Below the pieces are notes generated by a model, which had not been told where the DNA came from, searched no databases, and saw only the letters and a list, made by a program, of their open reading frames with translations. A program made the position numbers and the translations under genes. 64,000 nt of DNA from positions 78,120,001-78,184,000 of the forward strand of contig CM060732.1 in NCBI GenBank assembly GCA_030704615.1. Reading direction: 5' to 3'. Source of the stretch: Takakia lepidozioides. Its lineage: Eukaryota; Plantae; Bryophyta. This document shows positions 52,252 through 64,000 of the stretch, in pieces. Position 1 is the stretch's first letter. Each line of letters begins with the position of its first letter.

Positions 52252-53376
52252 CTCCCACTCGGGGTGGAGTGCCATCTTCAATTTCTTCGATGCGAACATT
52301 GGTCTCAGTAAGCCCAAGCATGCCCTTCAGGCGCTCGAAACGGGGACGGGGAAGAGGCTTCGTGAGCACATCAGCAAGCTGATGTTCGTTGTTGATGTAC
52401 TCCAGTCGGATGGTGCCGTGATTGTACTCCTCTCGAATCTTGTGATATTGGACGTCAATATGCTTTGTCCGATGGTGAAACTCTGGGTTCCGCACCAGTC
52501 GAATCGCTGCCTGATTGTCACAAAGCAAAACTGTAGGGGCGTGCTGAACATAGCCAAGATTAGTTAGAAGTCGCCGTAACCAAACAATCTCTTTCATGGC
52601 TGAAAAAGCAGCAATATACTCAGACTCCGTCGTGCTTGTTGTGGTACAGCTCTGCTTCTTGCTTGACCAAGCGATGGGTCCGTTGTTGAGCATAACAACA
52701 TATCCTATCCTGGATTTGCGGTCGTCATGGTCCCCGGCATAGTCGGCGTCGCTATACGCCAAAAGCTGGTTCATGGAGTTATCCATGTTGGCGCTGTATG
52801 TGATATGAACATCTGGGTGGCCTCGGAGGTACTTGAGAATCCTCTTGGCCGCATTGACATGGGGTACTTTTGGGTTACTGACATACTGGGCTACGTTACT
52901 GGTGGCGTAAGTGACATCAACTCTGGTGCCACTGCTGGCAAACAAAATACTACCGATGACATGACGGTATGGAAAAGAGGACACGAGCTCATCACTATGG
53001 GTGGACTGATAATCAAGATAACTACAGGGGTCGGACGGTACTGCTAGAGGGTTTGAATCCGTGAAACCATACTTGAGGAGAAGGCGGGCAATGTAGCGAC
53101 TCTGATCAATCTGCAAGGTGCGAAGAGCTCTGTCACGTGTGATTCGGAGACCGACATAGATTTCAGGGTAACCACTAGTGACCTTGAAGGCTTTACCCAT
53201 GAAGGCAAGGATAGTAATCCCTCCTGAGTTTGACCTGTTACATATAATTCCGTCATCTACGTAGATGATTAGGAATAACCGGGAGTTTGTGGTACTGACA
53301 TACACGCAGGGATCTGCACTAGATTGCTTGAGACTATTTTGGTTCAGAAAGTCATGAAAACGTTGATTCCAGACAC

Positions 53377-54435
53377 CGCCACACTGCTGCCCAAGAGTCG
53401 CAGAGCACAAGTAGTAACGACATTGTACTCCTATCGATCATAGGAGAACCAAGCACCAGCGACCTGTTAGCTCCACCCACACCAGATCCGGTATCAAGTC
53501 CGATTGATCCGCAGTTCCCACTCACACAGTCCACGGAAGGAGAGCCAGGCAGTCAGGAACAAACTGCTTCGCCGGGGGGACTCAACGATATAGTCGGTGA
53601 GCAGCAGGAAAGTGATGAGACCTTAGCATCCTGGGGATATCACGTTGGCCTCCTTAGATGCACCATTCGCACCACTCGATTACCAGCCTCAAAGCCCGAC
53701 CCTGTTTACAACAGTCTCGGCACCAGTGGGAGCAGTGGCATCTGCACTACAACAGTTGGAACGAGTTGGAGATGCAGATTTTTCCCTGCAGCCGTCGGAA
53801 CCAGTGGGAGAAGCAACGCCTATTCTACAGCAGTTGGAAGCAATGGGAGATACCGCACTGCCACCCTATCAAAGACGAGAGAGGAAGCCGACCAACAGAT
53901 ATGGAGATTGGGCCTATATGGCCAGTCAATCACAGGCCCTAAGCGCACATGCTGAGCTGAAGGAGCCAATCACAATCGCTGAAGCCTTAGTGTCTCCAGA
54001 GCACATGGAGTGGAAGAAGGCCATGCAATCTGAATATGACTTGTTTATAGAACGACACATGGACGGTATGTGATCTGCCACCCGGGAGAAATCTCATAAA
54101 AAACAAGTGGGTGTATAAACTCAAGTACGATCTGGATGGCAAAGTGGATCGCTTCAAGGCGAGACTGGTGGCCAAAGGATTCACTCAGCAGGAGGGACTG
54201 GACTACGAGGAAACTTTCAGCCCAGTTGTGAAGTTCGATTCAATTCGGGCGGTACTCTCCATTGCCTGTGCAGAAGACCTGGAGATGACGCATTTTGACA
54301 TCACCACAGCCTTCCTTTATGGCGAGATAACTCAAGATATCTACATGGCGCCCCCAGTAGGTTTTGAGCACATGTTCGAACCCGGCAAAGTCTGTAAGAT
54401 GCAACGAGCTTTATATGGTCTGAAACAGTCCAGCC
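53377..54435 (+). pseudogene. Inverted Copia segment: IN-RT linker and RT N-terminal half
   Basis: EP.TIAEAL...WKKAM, KWVYKLK, RFKARLVAKGFTQ, ETFSPVV and ALYGLKQSS read on + while the rest of the element reads on -. Confidence 0.93.
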
Positions 54436-56850
54436 TTTAAGAGATGAGGTTGTAACAGAAAGAAATGACCATATTTTTGTCGAGTGTAATCATACCCTGC
54501 CTTGCACATTAAAAGTGACTCTTCATCAAACAAAACATCTCTGCTCTCTGTGATGTGTTGAGTGTCATTGTTCCAAATCCTGTAGGCTTTGCTTGTTGTG
54601 CTGTAGCCCATGAAGATGCCTTTCTTCGCTTTGGCATCTAATTTCTTCCTGACTTGCTGTGGGACATGCACGTACGCATCTGCTCCAAAGATACGCATGT
54701 GTCCAACGGATGGGCGTTTCTTGTGCCATAGCTTAAAAGGGGTAGCATCTTGTGTCATGCTATTGCCTATGCGGTTAAGCGTGTAGACTGTGGTGCATAC
54801 GGCCTCTCCCCAGAACCTGAGGTGCACATCGGTGGAGTACAACATGCTGCGATCTGCTTCAAAAACTGTCATGTTCTCCCTTTCAGCAGGACCGTTCTGC
54901 TCGGGAGTGTACGCGCAGGTGAGGTCTGGTTCGATGGAATTCGCTTCTAGGAACTTCTGAAACTTGTTCCCGGTGAATTCTCTGCCACGATCAGAGCGAA
55001 GCTTGTGTAACTTCTGCCATGTTTCACGTTCCATCAATGCTGCATACTTCCTCAAACAAGACAATACATCAGACTTCTTCTTGATGATAAACACCACTCT
55101 ATAGGCAGAGTGATCGTCCTTAAAAAGAACGTAGTATAACGCCCCTGCTATTTGTCGCGACGGACATGGGGCCACACAAATCGGTGTGTACAAGATCTCC
55201 AACCTTTGCTGAGCGTTGGTGATCTGGGTTCGTGTGGAAGGGGTTTCGGTGAATCTTTCCAAAAGCACACCCTGGACAGAAGGAGGGGTGTCCTGTGCTT
55301 AGGATCAACCCGTCAACCATGCCTGTAGACGCCATCCTCCTGATCGTTGCATGGTTGATGTGGCACATGCGGTGGTGCCAGACATCAAGGCTCCGAGTGC
55401 TTGCCTTCTTCGTCTCACTTCCGAAAGAGTTCGCAATGTAGGCGGCGGTGTTCGGAATGACTGTCTGGACTTGGAGCTTGTACATAGTTCCCTCCATCAC
55501 ACCTTCGATTAGGGTCTCTCCTCCTTGCACAAGCCTGCATCCTTTCTTGGAATGCACGGTCTCTATGTTGAGTAGAGCAACCTTCTAGATGGAGAAAAGA
55601 TTTCTTCCGATTCCCGGGACGTGCAAGACACCTCGCAAGATTGCTGGTTCCCATTTGGTCCCATTGTAAGTGCGAATATTAATGTCACCAACTCCATATA
55701 CAAGAAATTGGGTGGCACCAATACCTTCCACCATGCGACGCTGCGAGGTGATGTCTTGGTACTTGGTGAACCAAAAACGCTTGTCGGTCATGTGGTCCGT
55801 GTAGCCGCTGTCTGCAATCCATGAATCTCCGCCAATGCGAAATTTGTCTTCTGCTGCGACGTACGCACGGTGAGTCTTCTTGACGGTTGCAGTGCTTGCG
55901 GTAGGCTTGGTATCAGACTTCTTGGGCTCAACGCACTCACGAGCTCAGTGCCCAAGCTTGCCGCACTTCCAACATTCGGAATTTTGCTTCTTTTCTTCAA
56001 TCTCCTTCTTGCGTTGCTGCCTCTGTGCGTAGGTGAGAGTTGATCGCTCCTTGCCCTTAGCGTTGGCAACATATGCCGCGGACGGAGCGCGCTGCTGCTC
56101 TCGTTCTTGAGCTTCCTTCATCCGCATTTCTTCTCGTACTAAGCGGATCAGAAGGTTGTTCAAGGTACGATCGGCAGCTGCTGTTCTATCCCACGAGGAG
56201 TGAAAATGGCTGTAGGCATCTGGCAAATTTCCTAAGACTTTGGCGATGACATTGGTGTCGCCAATGCTGTTGTCATCGAGATGAATAAGCTGACTCTTTA
56301 GAAGCTCGACTTTGCTAATGAAAGAGGCTATTGTATCGCTACTCTCGAACTTGGCTTGATAAAACTTGACCTGAACATCATGGATGTTGTCGTTAGCTCT
56401 TTGATCATGTATCGTTCTGAGCTTGTCCCAAATCTCTTTGGATGTAACGCACCCACAGACAAGATCAAGCATCGACTCGTCGAGAGCGGCACAAAGCAAA
56501 GATATCCCCTGTCCATCTTTCTTTACCCATTCCTCTAGCTCTGCAACTTGTGCTACCGGGGGTTTGGCGACTGTGCCATCCAACGACCCCCATGAGCTCT
56601 TTTCCCAAGAAAAGAGCACACATCTGAAAACTCCACAAGTGGAAGTTCTGACCATTGAACCGTTTGATTGTGGTGGTGTCCCGCTGCGACTCCATAGCTA
56701 CAGTACAGTACTATTGACACGACTTTGCAAGAAAAGTTAACACGCACGGCCAACAACATTAAAAGCAACTAGAAAACAAGCTATGACACACTTCCTGGAC
56801 CACTCTGACGCAGCTTTGTGAAAAGAAACTGTAGGAGTGGGCCCATAACC

Positions 56851-57263
56851 TATTGGAGGTAGCTTCAATACACTATAACATCAACCAAGTTTTGACTCAC
56901 TTGGTACACGCATCCATAATACACACAGCTCATATGCACAAGGCTTCTTTGCATTAATGGAAATTAGGAACGACGTCCTTACAGTCCTAAGACTAGGACA
57001 TGCTAACATTCCCTGTCAGGCTATAGAGGTACTTCTTGCTCTACTCTCAGGCGACAGAGTACTAGCTCAGATAGTAAGATGAGAGTACTGTTCCCCCATA
57101 TGTACTTCCGGCCCGTTGGGCGGGAAGGTGATTACATGATTGGAGATTATGTTGTCTCTTGGTTTTGAACTAGCAAGCTGGCCCATCGACGTGGAACACT
57201 AGGGGCATGGCACTCTACCTCGTACCTAGCTAAGTAACTGGCAATGATAGTTTTCTTCTTACA
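56851..57263 (-). repeat. 5' LTR of Copia element
   Basis: Followed on the element strand directly by PBS GGTTATGGGCCCA. Confidence 0.95.
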
Positions 57264-58179
57264 ATACCTATGTGACATATCAATTCTCAACATCTTTTAT
57301 TTGGGCTAAATTATGGTACAAAAGGCTTCTTGTAGGTATACAATTTAACAGTTGAATTGCCCCTTTGACAATTCCACATTTTATTTTAGATAGTTTACCA
57401 TACTCCTATTTATGTTAGTTCATGTGATGTAATTCATTGTCAATTTATTTATTAAAGAGAAGTTATAAGGTTGGCATTTTGGGGTTGCTATTTTGATTTG
57501 GATATTGTAGGGTTGTTGTTTTGAGGTGGATAGGATTGCTAAATTTAGATAGGTATTATGGGATTCTAATTTTGAGATGGATTTTTAGGGTTGTTATTTT
57601 GAAATAGATATTTTAATATAGATCATACTTATATTACATCCTTTAACTTGCGATATTGAAAATCGTTATGTTTAAAATATAATATAAATAAAACTACCAT
57701 GCTTACACATTACTATTTAGATATGTCTCAAATCTTGAATAGAATGTGGAATACCTTCAAAGACTATAAAAGGGCGAAGTAATATATTTTTCAATCACAT
57801 ATGTAGTATATAATACCTAGTATCAATTAATACGTGAAAAAAGGATACTATAATAAATCATTTAAAATAAGTAATCTCAATTTAGAAGTGAGATTGTCAA
57901 TTTCAAAATTGGCAGCTTCATTAGATCAATTTCGATATCTGATAATCAATTTCATGATCTCATAAGATGAAATTGTGAACTTCATCACATCAAATTGTCT
58001 GTTTTTGTTGATCTCAATATTATATCATAAAACAAAATCCAATCTACATAGTTTATAAGCATTTTTCAATTTGAAACTCTTAAAATGTAAATATAAATGC
58101 CTACATAGAATTAATTCCCAACTAGTACATAGTTCACTACTACAGCCTTTCACATTTCTATAAAGGAACTATCTCTCAG

Positions 58180-58455
58180 CAGCGTTTTTTTAATTGGCAA
58201 ATTTTCGCCAGATTTTGACCTCAGCAAATACAATGGAATTTTCAGTCGCAAATTCCCTGTTTTTTCATGCATGAAATAGCCAAATTTGTCCAAATAAAAA
58301 ATTATATTATGGATGTCCTCGCCAAATATGGAATATATGAATGGATGAAAGTACATAGGTGGATGAATTTTAGTGGATGAACAGAATTTACCACTATTTT
58401 TGCAGAACTCTGTAGCCACTCGTGTTGTTTTTCAAATTTCTTAGAAAAAACACTG
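58180..58455. mobile_element. hAT-type MITE
   Basis: TIRs CAGCGTTTTTT / AAAAAACACTG and an exact 8-bp TSD TCTCTCAG (58172-58179 and 58456-58463). Confidence 0.85.
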
Positions 58456-59242
58456 TCTCTCAGGTCCCATAACGAGACATGGGGAAAATAATGTATAAAA
58501 GTAATGTATTACTCCCACTAATACTTATAAGCTCTTTGTAAATAGGGATAAGGGACAATTGTAAATATATTTTGATCTCACATTCTAGGAACCTATAAGT
58601 ACATATGTCCTTTCAAGTTTTCTATTGGGTTTCTTTCCACCTAGTATTTCTACACGGTTACAGACAAAACATGCTCACGTTATACACAATTTGATGTTTA
58701 AGTTTAAAGCTCTTCAACATAAAGATAATTCTTTGAAGTCTTATTCTCCCAATGTAAGCTGAATTCTTATTATTTTGTTGGATTTTTATAAATGAAACAC
58801 TAAATATTTTTCCATAGTATCGGAAATTTGAGAGTGAAATTAATAACAAATATGTTAAGATTAGAGAAGTTTGAATGTGTGGAGAAATGCAGTGATTTGG
58901 TACTCAATGTCCCTTCAATGTGGCTAGAAATATTATGAATGAAAAGCTATCATTTTTAGAGAGGTGCATGATTATTTAGCCCTATATTTCGTCTATGTCA
59001 CACACAATTGAAAAATTCAATTGATATGGAAATTATACATTTTACATAACCATCACCAAAAATACGGCCCAGTTGTTGGGGCTGGAAACCCCCAAAAAAT
59101 AGAAAAAAGGAAAAAAACCATCAAAATACTTTGCAAAATTATTTTGTAAATAGCCAAAATAAAACATCATTTTTTTAATAAAAAAAAACATAGTCTATCT
59201 ATCTCACTTTGGTGATTAAATGCTGTAATAACCATTATGTTT

Positions 59243-62058
59243 TCAAACCTCCATTTGCTCCTTGTCTTTTAGTATGGCTAGTATAAATAGGGCCCACCTC
59301 CGAGAAGGGGCAGTAGCCGCAAGGCGAAGTGGCTCTTAGTTACGCCAGTTTAGGCCGGAGTCGTCTTCTTCTTCTTCTTCTGGCTAGTATAAGCCAACGA
59401 TAACATTCTGACTTCATGTGAGCCTGAGTTCCAGGACTGTATTCATTAAGAGTGTCCGATCCATTTGGTCCGCCAATATATTGCCAAAATAGATCTAGAT
59501 CGTTGTTTTCAAGAGCAGAAACTGGAGCATCGAGACACACTGTTGTCAACGCTACGTGGAAGATATACTTGTTCTCGTCAGGTTCAAATGACGAGGAACC
59601 GAGATCGTAGGCAATATCCCGAATGTTTGATATTACCTGCACTTACCCACAACATAACAAATAATCAAATTGCATTTTGATATTATAGATCTGAAAAATT
59701 GACATGCTAGACAAGAAGTTTTTCCCATTATGCTTTGACATGCTGAAGCAGTACATGACTTTCATTGGCAAACTTTCATATTCACAGAACTTGTGGAGAG
59801 GGGGCAGAAAAGGCTAGGGAGCTTCAAAAGAGTGTCGAATGCTACAAAAGGGTACCTGGTGGTTTCCCCATATCCAGTTTATAAATTATAGATTTTGTAG
59901 CGTTAGTCTCTGGGACACCCACTGAAACATATTATACGTGAGAAGAACTCGTTACAGCTAGTTCTAAGTGAATTCATAAGATGAACCCGAGTCCTCTACG
60001 GGTTCTCAAACTTTGCTAGATGATAGGGGCGGATAGTTTTGCTCGCCCATGTAAGATTTTCATAGCTGCAAAATTTTGTACTTGTAGGCCTGATTTAATT
60101 ACTTATAAAAACCAAGCTCATCATCTCTCTATAATCACGTTCGGCTTCTAAGCTTATCTATTAATCCTCAAGTATTGAATACTGACATGTGAGCATGGAT
60201 GCAGGCAGTTAAGTCAGCTGAGACAAGCAACTACAAGCAACAACCTGGTGGCTGCAGGTGATGCTCGACACCAGCTTGGCTTACTACACTCGTGGCTCAA
60301 TCATTCCAAGATATTTCCAAATCCATTTGTAATAATGATTTTTAATATCTTCAATCGTAGGTCATTTATGATGTAATAATTTGAATCAACATGAAATTAC
60401 AATGAGTCTGACCTGATTGTTTTCCGACAGTCGAGGCCTCATTGACAACTCATAATCAGTTCCACCAACCCCTGCTGCTTCCCAAAGATAAGCTTGTGGT
60501 CGAGACATTTCTCTCGATTCCGAAGATATATGACCTTCTGTTAGATCAAAAGGAACTTGGCTTGTAGGGTCGGCCAGATTCGGATTTCGAGATGGGAAAA
60601 ATTCATCCGGTTCACCTAAGTCTTCCTCATCTGTGTCGTCCTCGTCTACAATTTCCTTACACAAAAAAAGTGTGGTTGACTTAGCCATTTATAAACAACA
60701 TGTCAAAGCTCCCTACAAATTATATAATTTGGTAATGGATTATGCGAAATTACTGATTTTTACCTTTTCTATCATTCTTCTGCTCTGAACATTGCAATAG
60801 GAATATGCCCTTCAATATTCCGACCTCTCCCATACACTGAGTGCACACGATGGTAATTCCATGCAAGAACCCATTCGTCCATAGCTTGTTGCATAATTGG
60901 TAGAAAGACGGCTACCAAAGATCCATGGTGAATATCATTAGAAATGTCCAAAAATGCCTCTGTGAGCCATGATCTCAAATAGCCGTTTATAGAACCACAT
61001 GCATTTCTCCCACATAAATCGCCAAAAATTTTCGATTCTCTGCACATTGTTACAATCCGAAATATTATTTCATTTATGTATCTATTGTTGTTCTAGTCAA
61101 ACAACAAATATACACATTGATGAATTGAAGTTCCATCTGGTTCAATTAGGAGTGTCATAAAAAATGTACAGCATAAGGTTTAGTATTGTAGACCTGATTA
61201 TGTACCGAGGGGCCTATAATGAATGGTGTCTATCTTGCTTGAGGCCAAGCACTATCCGAGTCTTGCTTGATTAGACTATGCTCAACTGCAAAATCAGATC
61301 TTATATTCTTTTGATGACCATATCGATCTACAGCTTTCCGGTAGCCTTCGAAAATGGTCTCCGCCCTTTTGTCAATAGCAACTCTTGCCCATAATACAAA
61401 GTGCGATGCACCATCTATGCCACCATGCACACGAAAACCCCACATAGCGAGCTTGTCGTGGGCTGTGATTTATCAGTTACACAAAATTTCATAAATTAAT
61501 GGTGACATTCAGATCTACAAATAGATTAATATCATTACATTCATCGTAATCTTTCCTCCTCTAAATTTCTCACTTGCATTGGTTACATGAGAAGTTCACA
61601 AAAAAAATTCTAAGTATAGATCTATATATGTGATGAGTACTTACAATCAATATGCCATAGGCGCATTGGCTTAACCACGCTGTATTGGCCCCGGGCCATC
61701 CACACCAAACGTCTTCGGTTCAGATGTTGTGGTGCTAAGACATGTAATGCGTTCCGCACTTGTTCTCGTGATACTCGATGATGGTGTGTTCTCAAGACTG
61801 CTTGGACGAGACGGATGCCCCAATTTGCACCACTCTTCTCCATTGGCACATAAGTCTTTATGAGCTCTTGAACTTGTAAATTAGTAAGTTTTGGTTTTAC
61901 CCCGTCCAACCTTCTTTGACTAGTTTGCTCCGCAGGACATTTCTGTGCATGCTCAAGCTTTCAACGATCTGGCTGAAAGTATAACCATATTCAAGTCCTC
62001 GGTCCACTGTTTTCATAAGACTTAACGACGTTGGGCTTTCTGGGATAGACTCCTCCAT
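59243..62058 (-). pseudogene. Intron-containing DDE transposase / integrase-core protein, IS3EU-like
   Basis: Exons approximately 62058-61645, 61462-61194, 61039-60763, 60657-60412, 59637-59243. HTH-like N-terminus, then YSVVKPMRLWHID-SHDKL.WGFRVHGGIDG, IRSD, GPSVHNQ-RIENFWR and AWNYH. Stops and frameshifts are present. Confidence 0.8.
59287..59380 (+). mobile_element. 94-bp insertion with 12-bp TSD and (CTT)n tail
   Basis: Flanked by TGGCTAGTATAA at 59275-59286 and 59381-59392. Removing it restores the minus-strand frame RWLILAILKDKEQMEV*. Confidence 0.8.
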
Positions 62059-64000
62059 GTCTATGCACCTGTACGCATATTTATGGTGTTCAATCTATAC
62101 CATGCAAACAACACTAATAAATAATCTATATAAAATTCTGGATTTAGCCTTAAATTACTACAATTCATGAAATATAAGATATTACCATGAGAGAATATGC
62201 TAGCCAAATGTTGTATACCTTGGATGAACATGGCAAATGTCAGGACCTCTTGATACTTCACCTGTTTCACCAGTCTTGCTCAAACATGAATGATCATATA
62301 ACATAGTTGAGGAGACAATTATATTGGATCATGTATTCATAATTTTTTATATTCGTAAAATAGGGGTAGGCATGACTAGTACTGGGTGTACTTTGAAAGC
62401 AAGCTACATATATCAACAACACCTCAGAGCATGCCAACAACATGCAAGCTTCAAAGTTTCTTCATGGACACCACATAGAATGGCTCCATTAGTGTGCCTG
62501 TCAATGAACATGAGAACATCAGCTTTGTCAATAATTCCCATGTTTGGTGGAAGATTTTGTATTTGAATAAAACTCCCAATTGCCTGTCAAACTGGCGAGA
62601 GAGAAGTGAAGCAGCCAAGTTTACCTGCACCAAGGCCCAAGGTCTGAAGCGGTGCTCCTGCAATAATGGCAGGAGGAACTCAACAACCTGTTTCACAAGT
62701 GAAAGATGCTCACCTATCACAACCAAGAAAAAACACTTTGTAGAAAAGTACTTTTGCTGGAGAGAGCACACATGTGAGAGAGAGATCAATTACCATAGGA
62801 TTCACATCTTTCCCCCATATACCATTCTGACTGATGCTGACCTAATTTCATTGAATGTGAAAGACTTGCCAAAGAATCAACTAACCTCCAAAGCCACAGC
62901 TTCGAAAACCACGAGTTGACCATCAGTTTCTCAACCAGACCTTGGCTTATCCACTGCCACCATATGAGAACATTGAATAGACACTTCTAGAGACAAATGA
63001 GACTCGATTTCGATTTCAAGAAGGGAACGTGCATCGCGTAACCCCTGACTCATTGTCTGAGCTGATTTTGGAGGTAGGTGTACACCCTAATAATAAACTT
63101 AGCATCCAATCGTGCGTGGAATGAAAAGAGGTAGAGAGAAGGGCAAGGAAAATACCACCTTATGCTGTTGGAAGGTAGTAGAGGTATAATTTCGCTCCCA
63201 TATTTCCACGGGGCTAACGCACAACCGATATCAACAGTTTGGCTACAGAGCCATGTGTGTTTCTTCAAAAGTTCGAATCGAGCTGACCTCAACGCGGCTA
63301 CAACAGCCCTCTGCCTACCCTCTCGATCAGAAGCTAACACAGTGCTTGCAAGATCGCCCAATCGCTGATCCAAGCTATGCTTAGGAATAAAAATACCTGG
63401 TTTTCAAGGGAAGCCAAAGTAAGTCAGAATTGAATCCACTCACCTTAGCAGTCTGTGGTATTACAATCAACCCATTGATCCCTGCTGAAATTACTAGATC
63501 CACCACTACATGCGCTTGATTGTGAAACCCTCTAAGCAACTAGAAACTACTACACTAATCATCAAGACATTTCTAAGGTGCTCCAGACTCGCTCCAGAAC
63601 GACAATATCACGTAGTATCGTGTTCTTGAAGATAGATTAATTGAAGACATTCGGATCAGCCGTTTGAATCTGGCCACGTACGATATGGCAGATACGGACA
63701 TATATCAAAGTACAATCAAATTCAAATTGTAGGTGTTTCGCCATTACCTCCATATGTACGTGGCTACAGCGTATTGCCAGGCCTCAGGTACTATACTTAA
63801 CCAAAACTCTGCCCACTTTAGGGCAATACTTAAAATCGTATTTTTCAAAATTTTATGTGCTTTGGGCCTTTGGCTGTCCCAAAAAGAAGTTCCCCTTTAT
63901 TGGCTGGTTTAATAAAGGAAAATAGTGATTTTTATTATACGGGTATGGCTTCCATGTTCCTACAAAAGCGTTATCCTTGGGAGAGGTTTTGTGGTCAATC

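Larger units (their letters stand above)
51843..57263 (-). mobile_element. Ty1/Copia LTR retrotransposon, full length, with internal inversion
   Basis: LTRs 56851-57263 (5') and 51843-52251 (3'), TSD ATACC (51838-51842 and 57264-57268), PBS GGTTATGGGCCCA and PPT GAGTGGGAG. Domains: gag (FNGQNF..W, CWKCGKLGH), protease (WIADSG...HM), integrase (VHTDLCGP, LRSDRG, TPEQNG.AER), RT (YVDD), RNase H (SDADYAG, STTESEY, CDNQAA, KHID). Confidence 0.97.

Noticed and set aside
11947-57268. Similar TSDs of the two LTR elements (ATAGG and ATACC)
   Set aside because: The elements use different integrase superfamilies, and a 3-of-5 match is expected by chance in AT-rich DNA.
59287-59380. HDV-like ribozyme, suggested by GCC-GCAA-GGC-GAA resembling P4-J4/2
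   Set aside because: P1 and P1.1 could not be built within the element, so it is kept only as an untested possibility.

Overview
Eukaryotic nuclear DNA from a land plant. GT-AG introns, plant gene families and a Tcn1-like chromovirus suggest a non-seed plant such as a bryophyte, but that is inference. Five spliced host genes were assembled by hand: a YbhB/YbcL-type PEBP (19561-21603 +), a LYK3-type LysM receptor kinase (23087-33017 -), a divergent AWS-SET-postSET protein with an unknown C-terminal part (34661-38218 +), an SBT2-type subtilase (39446-44893 +) and mitochondrial ribosomal protein mL60 (46451-47348 -). Decayed mobile DNA flanks them: an L1 LINE (~1600-8337), a Ty3/Gypsy chromovirus with ATAGG TSD (11952-18337), a Helitron-like remnant, a Ty1/Copia with ATACC TSD and a clean 1,059-bp internal inversion (51843-57263), a hAT MITE, SINE-like pieces, two ~120-bp tandem arrays and an intron-containing IS3EU-like DDE transposase pseudogene. 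The most interesting signal is in the SET gene. Intron 2 carries an inverted, diverged copy of its own 3' splice site and the post-SET exon, forming a ~220-bp-arm hairpin that pairs best across the acceptor. Retaining that intron gives an immediate in-frame stop before the post-SET cysteines. This is a candidate RNA-structure or small-RNA switch on a histone-methyltransferase-like gene. All exon boundaries and family calls are by eye and unverified by database search.
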